Translations under genes and position numbers: made by a program
The notes under the pieces: generated by a model
Database searches by the model: none
Told to the model about the DNA's origin: nothing
The model's input: only the letters and a program-made list of their open reading frames with translations
In this document: positions 1 to 8,010 of the stretch, in pieces
How the letters are laid out: the number at the start of each line of letters is the position of its first letter
Numbering within the stretch: position 1 is the stretch's first letter
Source: an uncultured virus (IMG/VR IMGVR_UViG_3300047322_001016)
Taxonomy: Duplodnaviria; Heunggongvirae; Uroviricota; Caudoviricetes
Virus record (IMG/VR): IMGVR_UViG_3300047322_001016
Length of the DNA stretch: 24,519 bases
Strand: one strand, 5' to 3'

Positions 1-142
1 GCTCGGTTGTCACCTGTTCCCGCAGGATCGCGAGGTTGGCCGGCGCCATCGGCGTGTTCCGCGTTCCGGCCCAGTCGAACAGCCGCTCCAGCTGCTCCCA
101 GACTCTCCGAACGTCTCGCTGCGCGACCGTTGCTTCGCTCAT
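1..142 (-). CDS. Hypothetical protein (3' truncated by window), MSEATVAQRDVRESLEQLERLFDW...
   Basis: ATG at 142 overlaps the upstream TAA; AAAGGAG RBS upstream. Confidence 0.6.
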   Translation of the reverse strand, partial: MSEATVAQRDVRRVWEQLERLFDWAGTRNTPMAPANLAILREQVTTE

Positions 143-312
143 TACGTCTCCTTTGATAGTGATCTGACGGCCCGCCGGGAAGTGACGACGCGCTCTCCGT
201 TTTCGAACTCGACGAGGGCCGAACCCATTTTCCCCGTCGCCACGATCCTGCATCGGCGCCCCTTCAGCTCGGCGCGGCGCGGATTGTTTCCCCAACTGTA
301 GGAGTGGGTCAT
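142..312 (-). CDS. Small phage hypothetical protein (56 aa)
   Basis: MTHSYSWGNNPRRAELKGRRCRIVATGKMGSALVEFENG; ATGA overlap with the upstream gene. Confidence 0.7.
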   Translation of the reverse strand: MTHSYSWGNNPRRAELKGRRCRIVATGKMGSALVEFENGERVVTSRRAVRSLSKET

Positions 313-818
313 CGGCTTGCTTCGTCGAGGATCGTGAAGGCCTCCAAGTGCAGGGCGGGAGCGAAAATCTCGTTGTCGGGGTCTTCGAGGACGCGGATCG
401 CGTCCTGGATCTCGGCTTCGGTCGGCGTGTCGAGCGGGGCCTGCAGATAGTGGCGTCGCTGGCGTCTGTCCCAGACGGGACGCATCGTGATCTTGTCGCT
501 GACGGCAAGAACCGGCTCGAGCAGCGCAACGCCTGTGTCTTCGCCGTGGCTGTAGGAAACGATCCCGTAGTGGCCCGGGGCGAGCGTGTCCCATCCCTGG
601 GTTCCGTCGGGGTGCTCGAGGAAGTCGAGGCCCCAGTAGTCGAGCACCCACTGCATCCGGCACGTGTACCGCTCGTAGGTGATGACGGCTTCCCGGTCGC
701 CGGAGATCGAGTCGAGCTCGACGAGTTCGGTGGCGCAACCCGGATGCTCAACGTCGAATGATGTTCCGTCGCCGTCCTCTAAGACGACGAGCAGATGCGG
801 TTTCGTGTCGGTGCTCAC
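309..818 (-). CDS. Hypothetical protein (169 aa)
   Basis: GTG at 818 behind CAACGAAAGGAGA RBS; GTGA overlap; protein-like composition. Confidence 0.7.
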   Translation of the reverse strand: MSTDTKPHLLVVLEDGDGTSFDVEHPGCATELVELDSISGDREAVITYERYTCRMQWVLDYWGLDFLEHPDGTQGWDTLAPGHYGIVSYSHGEDTGVALLEPVLAVSDKITMRPVWDRRQRRHYLQAPLDTPTEAEIQDAIRVLEDPDNEIFAPALHLEAFTILDEASR

Positions 819-1315
819 TTCTCTCCTTTCGTTGTCCGAACCGATCCCGTAAGCCCGGCCACGAGTTGTGCGAGCGTCACTTTCGGGGACCCCGCGGCGA
901 GCCATTGCCGCCTTACCTCTTCATACTCTTTCATCGTCATCTCTTCAAGGGAAGAGCCGCTCACGATCCCGAGATAATCCTGCTGCGGCAAAGCCCGGAA
1001 GTCGTTGTTGGTGAACCGCAGCCAATTCCACACGTGTATCCAGTCGAGCGGGTCGTCGGAGACGGTTCGCGCGACGGGATGGGCTCGCAGCGACGTTTCT
1101 TTCGCGGCTGTCATCTCTTCGACGGCTGCCTTGAACTCGTTTAGCCGCGGCCGTTCTTTTCTTGTGTCGTGGAGTTTCAGGATCGCGCCGGCGACGGTAA
1201 CGCTGTCGAACGGGGCCATCGCGTTGTGCCAAAGTTTGCGCGCGCTGTCGCCGAGCTCGAAGTCCCACATTTGCTCGACGGCGCTAACGGATTCCTGGGC
1301 TTGCCGTTCGTCCAC
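815..1315 (-). CDS. Putative replicative helicase loader/inhibitor (G39P-like N-terminus)
   Basis: Pattern helix-W...W...M...D...A+..L....+..P.+.EF resembles G39P-like phage proteins (family recognition by eye). Confidence 0.55.
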   Translation of the reverse strand: MDERQAQESVSAVEQMWDFELGDSARKLWHNAMAPFDSVTVAGAILKLHDTRKERPRLNEFKAAVEEMTAAKETSLRAHPVARTVSDDPLDWIHVWNWLRFTNNDFRALPQQDYLGIVSGSSLEEMTMKEYEEVRRQWLAAGSPKVTLAQLVAGLTGSVRTTKGEK

Positions 1316-1324
1316 TAGGGCACT

Positions 1325-1528
1325 CTACGCTCCTACGGTTGGACGTAGGCCCGAGTCGAGCTCGAGAACGGCGTCGTCGTCGGCCACGAGCTGTTCCGGG
1401 ACGAACTGCTGTGTGTAGGCGCCGCATTCGGGGCAGTGGTTGGGGCGCCGCGGGTTGACCCAGCAGAGCAGGTGTCCGCAGCACGTCATCCGCAGCATGC
1501 GGAACGGCACCCGCTCGTAAGTTTTCAT
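1325..1528 (-). CDS. Small Zn-ribbon protein (67 aa)
   Basis: MKTYERVPFRMLRMTCCGHLLCWVNPRRPNHCPECG; ATGA overlap. Confidence 0.7.
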   Translation of the reverse strand: MKTYERVPFRMLRMTCCGHLLCWVNPRRPNHCPECGAYTQQFVPEQLVADDDAVLELDSGLRPTVGA

Positions 1529-1863
1529 TTGCCTCGGATCGCGTGGACGGGGCGGTGCAGCGCTTCCCACAGGTCGTATGAAATGCACGGGCCCATCGAC
1601 ACTTCGTATTCGACGACGCGCGGGTTCCGTTCGACGGCCTGCAGCTTCACGGCCAGGTCGAGCAGACGGTCGTCGTCTTTTTCGGCCCAGACGACGATCC
1701 GGTGCATCGCGGTCGCGTACAACGCGACGAACGTGCAATCCGGGTGCGGGCAGGGGAACGGCGTTGTTTTGATGCACCACCAGCCGGTCGGGTCGATCTC
1801 GACGTCAGCGACTTCCTCGTCGACGACGATCTGGCCTCTGTCGGTGACGAACGTTTCCGTCAT
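1525..1863 (-). CDS. Hypothetical protein (112 aa)
   Basis: ATGA-coupled ORF with CPHPDC motif. Confidence 0.65.
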   Translation of the reverse strand: MTETFVTDRGQIVVDEEVADVEIDPTGWWCIKTTPFPCPHPDCTFVALYATAMHRIVVWAEKDDDRLLDLAVKLQAVERNPRVVEYEVSMGPCISYDLWEALHRPVHAIRGK

Positions 1864-2174
1864 CGTCTCCACCAAGACCGTTTGGGCTGCTCGGGCCGAC
1901 AGTCAGAGCAGATGTCAGGGCGGTCTCCCGGATAGTGGAACGGATGCCCTGGTGGCGACAGAACACCGGGGCAGCAGACGCGAAGCTGGCGTCGGCGCGG
2001 ACGCGGAAGCTCGGTAAGGATTGACTCGCAGACAGCGATCATCAGCGCCCGGTTGTTCTCTGGCACCTGGTCCCACGGCTTCGCCGACTCGGGCCTGGTT
2101 TCGTATCCAAAGTCGGGAGCGAGCCGCTCGTACGTTTCGTGGAAACGGCGGGCCAACGTTTCGGCGTCGGTCAT
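1860..2174 (-). CDS. Phage hypothetical protein (LARRFHETYERLAP...W...P.NN..LM type)
   Basis: ATGA-coupled; N-terminal motif typical of a common phage ORF family. Confidence 0.65.
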   Translation of the reverse strand: MTDAETLARRFHETYERLAPDFGYETRPESAKPWDQVPENNRALMIAVCESILTELPRPRRRQLRVCCPGVLSPPGHPFHYPGDRPDICSDCRPEQPKRSWWRR

Positions 2175-2398
2175 TCTTGCCACTCCGCGCGAACGTCGAC
2201 GCTGCCGGCGCCAGGGCCGACGTCGACGGGGAACACCTTGTATCGCTTCCTGACGATGTTGTCCTCGTCGATCGTCATCTCGGCGCTGGCGACGTCGAAC
2301 TCGGTGCCGTTGACCGTCAGGCGGGTGATGTCGCCGTAGACGAAACAGTCGCTGTCGGGCGAGATCCTGACGATTCTCTCTTCCCGGATGTCAGGCAT
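2171..2398 (-). CDS. Hypothetical protein (75 aa)
   Basis: Coupled ORF, beta-rich composition. Confidence 0.6.
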   Translation of the reverse strand: MPDIREERIVRISPDSDCFVYGDITRLTVNGTEFDVASAEMTIDEDNIVRKRYKVFPVDVGPGAGSVDVRAEWQE

Positions 2399-2612
2399 CG
2401 CGCATCACGTCGTTGAAAAGGCCTGTGTGGATGAGGGCGTCGTATTCGCGGGTCAGGGTTCGCCGGATCGAGTTCGCGAAGTTGCTTTCGCCGTCGGGGT
2501 CGTCGGCGAAAATGTCTTCGCATTTGCAGCCCATCACGGGACCGTAAACCTGGCTGACGTAGTCGACAAGGTCGGCGTCAGGGAACAGAGACGAACGCAC
2601 GGGCGGGCTCAT
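2391..2612 (-). CDS. Hypothetical protein (73 aa)
   Basis: ATG at 2612 overlaps the upstream TGA; MSPPVRSSLFPDADLVDY. Confidence 0.6.
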   Translation of the reverse strand: MSPPVRSSLFPDADLVDYVSQVYGPVMGCKCEDIFADDPDGESNFANSIRRTLTREYDALIHTGLFNDVMRDA

Positions 2613-2995
2613 GGTTTCTTCCATTCCGCGTCGCCCTCCACCTGTGCCTCCACGAGCCTGCGAATGTCGGACACCGGCCCTGGCTCCACCGGCCCTGGCC
2701 CCCAGTGCACGTTGGCGACGTGCTCGTCGCAGCGTTCCTGCGTCGGCCAGCCGATCCCGCACTCCGGGCATTTGAAGCGGCGCTTCGACTCGCCTTCGAT
2801 CGCCTGCACGAAGTCGAACACCGCCGGCGGCGTGTGCCGCTCCCGGGCGAGACGGCCGAGCGCTCCCACCGCGGTCTCGAACTCGAGCCCTTTGAAGAAG
2901 TCGATCCAAACGTCGAGGCTGTCGTCGACCAGGTACATGCGGGGCCAGTAGCCTTTCATCCGGCCGACGAGAACGGTTGCTTCGTCGAGCGTCAT
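2609..2995 (-). CDS. G39P-like helicase loader/inhibitor with C-terminal C2H2 zinc finger
   Basis: MTLDEATVLV...YWP...VW...A+..L....PPA+.D N-terminus; FKCPECG-x9-H-x4-H; lies downstream of the HTH replication gene. Confidence 0.7.
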   Translation of the reverse strand: MTLDEATVLVGRMKGYWPRMYLVDDSLDVWIDFFKGLEFETAVGALGRLARERHTPPAVFDFVQAIEGESKRRFKCPECGIGWPTQERCDEHVANVHWGPGPVEPGPVSDIRRLVEAQVEGDAEWKKP

Positions 2996-3411
2996 GTTTC
3001 TCTCTCCAGTTTCTTCTGCTCTTCGCGTTGCCTGATCTCTTCCGTCACCTGCCGGAACCGCTGCACCGCGGGGTTCTGCGACCGGCTCACCGTGTTCAAC
3101 GTCTCGTTGTACTGGGTGGGCGACATTTTCTTCCCGGCCTTCGCCAACACACAATCCATGATCACGTGGCTTGTGTACTGCGGCGTGCTTTTCTGGATCG
3201 CCATCACACAGCCGATCAACACCATCTCCGGCTCAACCCCGTCGTCCAACGCATCCCGGCCCTGCTTCACCGCGATCGCGATCACGTTCCGCGGCAACTG
3301 CCCCACTCCCATGTCCGTCAACTGGTCGGTCACCGCCGCGAACAACGCCTGCCCCGGAGACACATTCGGCTTCTCAGGCTTCCCGCCGCCGATCGGAACA
3401 ACATCACCCAT
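2992..3411 (-). CDS. Hypothetical replication-region protein (139 aa, MGDVVPIGG...)
   Basis: ATG at 3411 preceded by GAGG/GGAG; fused in frame to the HTH ORF only as sequenced. Confidence 0.6.
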   Translation of the reverse strand: MGDVVPIGGGKPEKPNVSPGQALFAAVTDQLTDMGVGQLPRNVIAIAVKQGRDALDDGVEPEMVLIGCVMAIQKSTPQYTSHVIMDCVLAKAGKKMSPTQYNETLNTVSRSQNPAVQRFRQVTEEIRQREEQKKLERET

Positions 3412-3868
3412 GGATCTCCATTTCCTCAAGCGGCCGAAGTCGCGTTTTGGCGTCCGCGCCGACTTCACGAAGTGAAGTCGATGTTTGGAAGTACGGCTTT
3501 TCAAGCGTTGTGTACCACGGGCACCGGAAAGCCTGAGCCGACCGGACGGGAATCCGTAAACAACCGTCGTCCTGCAGCCGCCGATCTTTCGTTTCCCCTG
3601 ACGCACGATCCGGCCGGTCTTCTCAAGACGGGCCCTGGCCCGAAGGATCGTCTGGCGGCTCACCCCAAGCGCTGCCGCCGCGGTGCCGTCCGAGCAGAAG
3701 TAGAGCCGGTCACGGAAGCGGGCCTTCTCCACCATGAACGCGAATAAACGCTCATCGGTTTCGCGGCAGCCGTCCCGTGGTATATCCTTCTGGATGGCGC
3801 GACCTTTCTGGTAGGTCGTTTTGAACGGCTCGGTTCCTTTGGGGGTGACCGGGCCGTTCGCTTTTCAT
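3404..3868 (-). pseudogene. Winged-HTH replication-initiator-like protein, apparently carrying two single-base indels (core readable from ATG 3735)
   Basis: TDERLFAFM...YFCSDGTAAAALGVSRQTILRARARLEKTGRI is an HTH motif. A natural start at 3868 and a stop at 3404 overlapping the next start are each reachable only by one-base shifts. Confidence 0.55.
3823..3865 (+). terminator. Antisense (plus-strand) intrinsic terminator-like hairpin
   Basis: gaacggctcggt (3823-3834) / accgggccgttc (3848-3859), followed by gctttt. Confidence 0.45.
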
Positions 3869-3887
3869 GGACTCAGGGTTTGTCACC

Positions 3888-4109
3888 CTACGCTGATCCG
3901 TCGCCGGATGCAACCACCCTGTTGAAGATGGTCTGCACGAAGCGGGAGCCGTCCTCGACCGTGAGCCGCGTTCGCTCCGGGTCAACCTCCCAGGAGACCA
4001 CCAGTCCCTCGAACACCGTGCGGTAGCGCTTGCGGAACAGCGTCCGCCACGAACGGCCCTCTTCCAGCTGCACCCGACACGGGCGCCCGAGATCCTCGTG
4101 GCCGATCAT
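3888..4109 (-). CDS. Hypothetical protein (73 aa)
   Basis: ATGA-coupled ORF, beta-rich. Confidence 0.6.
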   Translation of the reverse strand: MIGHEDLGRPCRVQLEEGRSWRTLFRKRYRTVFEGLVVSWEVDPERTRLTVEDGSRFVQTIFNRVVASGDGSA

Positions 4110-4198
4110 CGCAGAGCCGCCACGACGAAAACGACGGCCAACACGACCGCCACCACCACGAAGCCGTAGCTGACGTTCCGACGCAGGCGAGGGAACAT
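4106..4198 (-). CDS. Small single-pass membrane peptide (30 aa)
   Basis: MFPRLRRNVSYGFVVVAVVLAVVFVVAALR; overlaps both neighbours. Confidence 0.5.
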   Translation of the reverse strand: MFPRLRRNVSYGFVVVAVVLAVVFVVAALR

Positions 4199-4549
4199 CA
4201 AAACGGAATGTCCTCGGTCAGGTTCTTGTGGGCGCGGCCGACCGCGATCGCCAACCCAAGCCTCCGGTCGAACCGCTCGTCCGGGCGGCAGTCGGCGTGG
4301 CCGCGGGCAAGCACAGCGTCGTTGCCGTCGCAGATCTCGACGTGCGTCGAGCCGCCGTTCGGCTCCGGCGGAAGCCGCCGCCCGACCTCGGCCAGCATCG
4401 CGACATACTCGCTGCCGAGGGGCATGACTCGAGAACCTCTTCAGATCCTCCAGTGTCGCCGCATGCTGCCGCGGCCGGTAATGATGGATCCGCACCTTGT
4501 ATCCGCCCGCCCTGAGTTCTTCCAGGGTTTTTTCGCACAGAGTCGCCAT
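4198..4549 (-). pseudogene. Phage hypothetical protein split by a +1 frameshift near 4425-4440
   Basis: N-half (strong RBS; TLEELRAGGYKVRIHHYR) and C-half (GGSTHVEI...G.A.C...D.FDRRLGLAIAVGRA) look like two halves of one common phage protein. Confidence 0.55.
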
Positions 4550-4580
4550 CTGTCTCCTTTCGTTGGGCAAGTCAGCCTGG

Positions 4581-5171
4581 TCAAACCAGGCTGACTTGCC
4601 GTGCGTTCGCGATCCGCAGGAACGCTTCCTCGTCGGCCTCGAGCATCAGCTTCTGCGCCAGCACGACGTCGTCCTGCGGGTATCCGTACTCCGGGTGGAT
4701 GCAGTACGCCCACGCCAACCCGTCCTCGCCGCGGACACGCTTCGGCTGCCCCGTCGGACTGAGCCGATACCGGCGGGTGCCGTCGCGCGTCTCGACGTGG
4801 AAGAACCCGTCTTTCAGCAGCTCTGCCTGCTGGTCGTCGGCGAGGGCCTCCAACAGCAGCTTCCGGGCCCGCTCTTTCGCGGCCGCTTCGAGAACACGAC
4901 GCTCCGCCGCCGCCGCCTGCGCGGCTTCCGCCCGAACACGGTTCGCTTCGATCTGCTCTTCCGTGAGCGGAGCGGCCTGAGTGTAGTACCCGGTGTTGTA
5001 GACGGACATCCCCGACCAGGCATCCCACACAACGTTCGTGATCGTCGTTGAGTCGGTCGCTGTTGTCGCCCACGTCTGCCACACGATCTGCGACGACGAC
5101 GTCCCATAGTCAATGGTGCCGTTCGTCCACATGCCCCACGTCTCGGTCGTCGTTGCGTACGTGATCGCCAC
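4581..5171 (-). CDS. Hypothetical protein with Thr/Trp-rich N-terminus, coiled coil and C-terminal C-x-H domain
   Basis: YCIHP...P.DD.VLAQKLMLEADEEAFLRIAN; starts 3 nt after the GG-ending protein. Confidence 0.75.
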   Translation of the reverse strand: MAITYATTTETWGMWTNGTIDYGTSSSQIVWQTWATTATDSTTITNVVWDAWSGMSVYNTGYYTQAAPLTEEQIEANRVRAEAAQAAAAERRVLEAAAKERARKLLLEALADDQQAELLKDGFFHVETRDGTRRYRLSPTGQPKRVRGEDGLAWAYCIHPEYGYPQDDVVLAQKLMLEADEEAFLRIANARQVSLV

Positions 5172-5174
5172 GGT

Positions 5175-5402
5175 TCAGCCGCCGCGGAGCGCCGGCGCCA
5201 AAATGATCTTTTCCGCCGCCGGGTCAAACTCCGTGATCTGCGTGCCCTTCTTACCCTTGTCGTCGACGGTGTAGGCCAGATGCCCGGCTTTCCGCAGCTT
5301 CGTGAACTGCTCTTCCGCGGCCTTCACTTCCGCCTTGTTGTCGGGGTCCCAGATCACCTTCAGGTCCCCGGCCTGCTTGTCGAGAATCGCCATCTCGCCC
5401 AT
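5175..5402 (-). CDS. Small protein with ubiquitin-like C-terminal LRGG (75 aa)
   Basis: ATG at 5402 behind CAACGAAAGGAGA; ends ...IILAPALRGG-stop. Confidence 0.8.
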   Translation of the reverse strand: MGEMAILDKQAGDLKVIWDPDNKAEVKAAEEQFTKLRKAGHLAYTVDDKGKKGTQITEFDPAAEKIILAPALRGG

Positions 5403-5408
5403 CGTGGT

Positions 5409-5490
5409 TCTCCTTTCGTTGTGTTCGCGGGCGGGGATGCGCCCACGCTCCCGCCGGAGTATATACCGGCCGTCTGTCGTCCTACCATGT
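5409..5490 (-). promoter_or_regulatory. Putative promoter (-10 TATACT at 5463-5458), GC-rich leader hairpin and RBS
   Basis: Rare AT-rich TATATACT in an intergenic gap; -35 element weak. Confidence 0.45.
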
Positions 5491-5733
5491 GCGGCCGCGC
5501 TGGCCGCGCCCGAACGGGTCGTACCTTCCTCCCGACATTCGCCAGCCGAACCGATGCCACCAACGCTCCGGCTCCCGTTTCGCCGCGCACGTCCGGCACC
5601 GATACAGATTCCAGGCGATCGGGAACGCACGATGGTAGTCGGGGTTGGTTTCGCTCGGGTAGCACGGCTCGGGCGTTGACAGGAACACGCGGCTCGCCAA
5701 CGCCCCCACCTTCCTGCGCCGACGCCGTCTCAC
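5482..5733 (-). CDS. Hypothetical protein (83 aa)
   Basis: GTGA-coupled start; CxxC motif. Confidence 0.4.
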   Translation of the reverse strand: MRRRRRRKVGALASRVFLSTPEPCYPSETNPDYHRAFPIAWNLYRCRTCAAKREPERWWHRFGWRMSGGRYDPFGRGQRGRTW

Positions 5734-5978
5734 AACGCGGTTCGCGCACAATCTGGGCAGAGGACGTAGCCGTGCCCGACGACTGACCCCGGTTCCAACT
5801 CGAACTCTCGGTGGCAGTCGCGGCACTCGACGGTGCGGTCTGGTCGGCGCTCGTCGTCCTCGGGCCATGTCCAGCCGCAGTCCGGGGCACCGCAGCTTGT
5901 GCCCATCCACTCGACGCCGCAGGAAGGGCAGTATTCGTCCTCTTCGGGAAGGACGCCCAATGGTGGAGTCCGGGTCAT
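5730..5978 (-). CDS. Double zinc-ribbon protein (82 aa)
   Basis: CPSC...CGAPDC and CRDC...CPDC. Confidence 0.7.
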   Translation of the reverse strand: MTRTPPLGVLPEEDEYCPSCGVEWMGTSCGAPDCGWTWPEDDERRPDRTVECRDCHREFELEPGSVVGHGYVLCPDCARTAL

Positions 5979-6223
5979 GAGACCACCACGGGACGCACAT
6001 GAACGCGGCCGTCGGACGTGATGTAAAACCACCATGTCGTCGCCGGGTTCCCGAGCTCGGCCGCGCACCGAATGAACCGGTACCCGTCACCGCCGCCGCG
6101 CATCGTCACCTTCACCTTCCCTTCGCAGCGAACGTCGGGCCAGTCCTTCGCGAGCAAAGCCTGCTCCTGCTGCACGTAGGCAACCGGGAAGGCGTACTGC
6201 TTGGGTGCTTCTGCCTGGATCAT
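5975..6223 (-). CDS. Hypothetical protein (82 aa)
   Basis: AGGAG RBS, ATG at 6223. Confidence 0.6.
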   Translation of the reverse strand: MIQAEAPKQYAFPVAYVQQEQALLAKDWPDVRCEGKVKVTMRGGGDGYRFIRCAAELGNPATTWWFYITSDGRVHVRPVVVS

Positions 6224-6230
6224 GACTCTC

Positions 6231-6617
6231 CTAAAGGAACGTTGCTTCGATCTGGCGGCGCTCTTCGTTGTTCCATTCTTCCCGTTCGCCCTGACGGAAC
6301 CGCTCAACCTCGAGCGTGTAGTTGAAGCCAAGGTCGTACTGCTCGTTCGACGTGAGACCGGCCTGGACGACGACAGCCAACATGCACGCGGGGCAGCCGC
6401 CCACCGTCCTCCGCAGCCAGTCGAGGTCCAGGCTCTGCTTCAGCTCGGCCGTCCAAACGCCTGGCTTCGCCGGCACGAACGGCTGCGCATGCCATCCGCA
6501 CCGTGAGCGCTCCGGGTTGTAGATGCACTTCGGCTCGTGGCTGACGATCGCGTGCGGCGTCAGCCGATGACGGTTGCAGTGGTCACAGTAAAAAATCGCT
6601 CGGGTCACGGTTTTCAT
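6231..6617 (-). CDS. Cys/His-rich zinc-binding phage protein
   Basis: CDHC...HE..C..NP...C and CPAC motifs. Confidence 0.7.
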   Translation of the reverse strand: MKTVTRAIFYCDHCNRHRLTPHAIVSHEPKCIYNPERSRCGWHAQPFVPAKPGVWTAELKQSLDLDWLRRTVGGCPACMLAVVVQAGLTSNEQYDLGFNYTLEVERFRQGEREEWNNEERRQIEATFL

Positions 6618-6624
6618 CGACGCA

Positions 6625-6951
6625 TCACGGCGTGATCCCCATTTCCCTGATGGCTTCCATCAGCTTCTCCTGTCCCTCTTCGGTGTCGATGTCGCAGGAG
6701 ACGATCTTGTCGGCGACACGCTCGAGCTTCGGCGGAATCGGGATCCCAGGCAACGCCAGCAGCACGATCGGCTTGTTCAAGTAGATCGCCATCCCCAGCT
6801 CAACCGCGATCTTGATGTCGGGCTCTTCCGGCACGATGCTCATCACGACCGCCGACTCGACCATCTGCTTCAGCACATGCTCGCGCTGGTAGGCCACGAA
6901 CCTGTTCCACTGCTTCCGTTGCTCCGGGTCCAGGTCGTCTTCCCAGCTCAC
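6625..6951 (-). CDS. Nucleoside 2-deoxyribosyltransferase/TIR-like small domain protein
   Basis: S.VV...IAVELGMAIYLNKPIVLL matches the E-L-G-x-A...KP(I/V) NDT-like signature. Confidence 0.55.
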   Translation of the reverse strand: MSWEDDLDPEQRKQWNRFVAYQREHVLKQMVESAVVMSIVPEEPDIKIAVELGMAIYLNKPIVLLALPGIPIPPKLERVADKIVSCDIDTEEGQEKLMEAIREMGITP

Positions 6952-7049
6952 GAGTCAGCCCTGGTGATGATCAGCCAGCCGAACGGAATCCGGTAGCAAG
7001 TGCTTGTCCCGACTCCGACGATGCAGTGTCTACCAACCCGAATCTTCAC
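6948..7049 (-). CDS. Possible 33-aa peptide (MKIRVGRHCIVGVGTSTCYRIPFGWLIITRADS)
   Basis: Fills the gap; GAAGGAG RBS; GTGA-coupled to the next gene; below the ORF-track cutoff. Confidence 0.35.
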   Translation of the reverse strand: MKIRVGRHCIVGVGTSTCYRIPFGWLIITRADS

Positions 7050-7392
7050 GGCTCTCCTTCACGACATCGTGGATGTCCGACATTTCGACCAGCCAACACA
7101 GCTGGTGGTATTGGGTGGCCAACTCGTTGGCGCGGTCGGGGTCCCGTTCCGCGAGCTCGCACAGAAGCTCGCCCAGGATGTTGGCCGCCACCCTTTCCCG
7201 CGCGAGGCTGTTGCGCCACTGCACAATCGTTTCTTTCCAGTCGTGCGCCACCCACACCAGCATCCCGAGGGTGAAGATCAGCATCAGCAGAATCCCCGCC
7301 CACAGGCCAACAGCGACCAGCAGCGAAAACACCGCGGTCCCCAGCAGCAGACCACCAAACAGCGGCAATGCTTGATTCGGAATCCTTCTCAT
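7030..7392 (-). CDS. Membrane protein (2 TM helices)
   Basis: Two hydrophobic segments at the N-terminus. Confidence 0.65.
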   Translation of the reverse strand: MRRIPNQALPLFGGLLLGTAVFSLLVAVGLWAGILLMLIFTLGMLVWVAHDWKETIVQWRNSLARERVAANILGELLCELAERDPDRANELATQYHQLCWLVEMSDIHDVVKESREDSGW

Positions 7393-7397
7393 CCCAC

Positions 7398-7712
7398 TCA
7401 CAGCTCGAACGACTCCTGCCCCGGCGTGACGCTCTCCACGGTCGGCGCGAACATCGCACACTCGTTCACCGGCAAATCGAACCCGTCCGACGCCTTCACC
7501 GTCTTGCGAGGGATCAGCAGATCAAGGATCACCTTGCCGGGATGCTCATCCTCGTTGCACAACTCGTACGCATACAACTGGTGGGCGAACCACACAGGGC
7601 ACGGCGGGTCGACGCCGATCTCTCGGCCGCCGCTGATGTCCGAATGACGGCAGTTCGCGCACCACTGCTCTTCGAAGATCAAGCCCTCCGTGCCGTTGGA
7701 AAAGAACCCCAT
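7398..7712 (-). CDS. Cys-rich phage protein (MGFFSNGTEG...WCANC type)
   Basis: FSNGTEG, WCxxC, CP, C motifs typical of a widespread phage ORF family. Confidence 0.75.
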   Translation of the reverse strand: MGFFSNGTEGLIFEEQWCANCRHSDISGGREIGVDPPCPVWFAHQLYAYELCNEDEHPGKVILDLLIPRKTVKASDGFDLPVNECAMFAPTVESVTPGQESFEL

Positions 7713-7993
7713 CAGGAGCACTCTTCCATGATCCTCTGCGCTTCCGCGAGCATCTCCTGGCCGTAGCCGGTCGTCTCGTCGAAATAGTCGCGCAACACCA
7801 GGATCGCGTCGTGCTTCTCAGCGTCGGTCGGCGGCAACAGGACAGCCTGCTCCCCAAACCCTCTCACCGGAATCCCGATGTTGGCGGCCATCTCGTTCAG
7901 CTGCTTCCGCCGAAGGTGCCGGGCCCAGACAGGCCGTCCCTCCGGAATTCCGGAATCTACCGCCGGCGTTACGGTCTTGGCTTCCGTCGTCAT
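7712..7993 (-). CDS. Hypothetical protein (93 aa)
   Basis: GAAAGGAG RBS, ATG at 7993. Confidence 0.65.
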   Translation of the reverse strand: MTTEAKTVTPAVDSGIPEGRPVWARHLRRKQLNEMAANIGIPVRGFGEQAVLLPPTDAEKHDAILVLRDYFDETTGYGQEMLAEAQRIMEECS

Positions 7994-8010
7994 TCGATCC
8001 TCTCCTTTCG

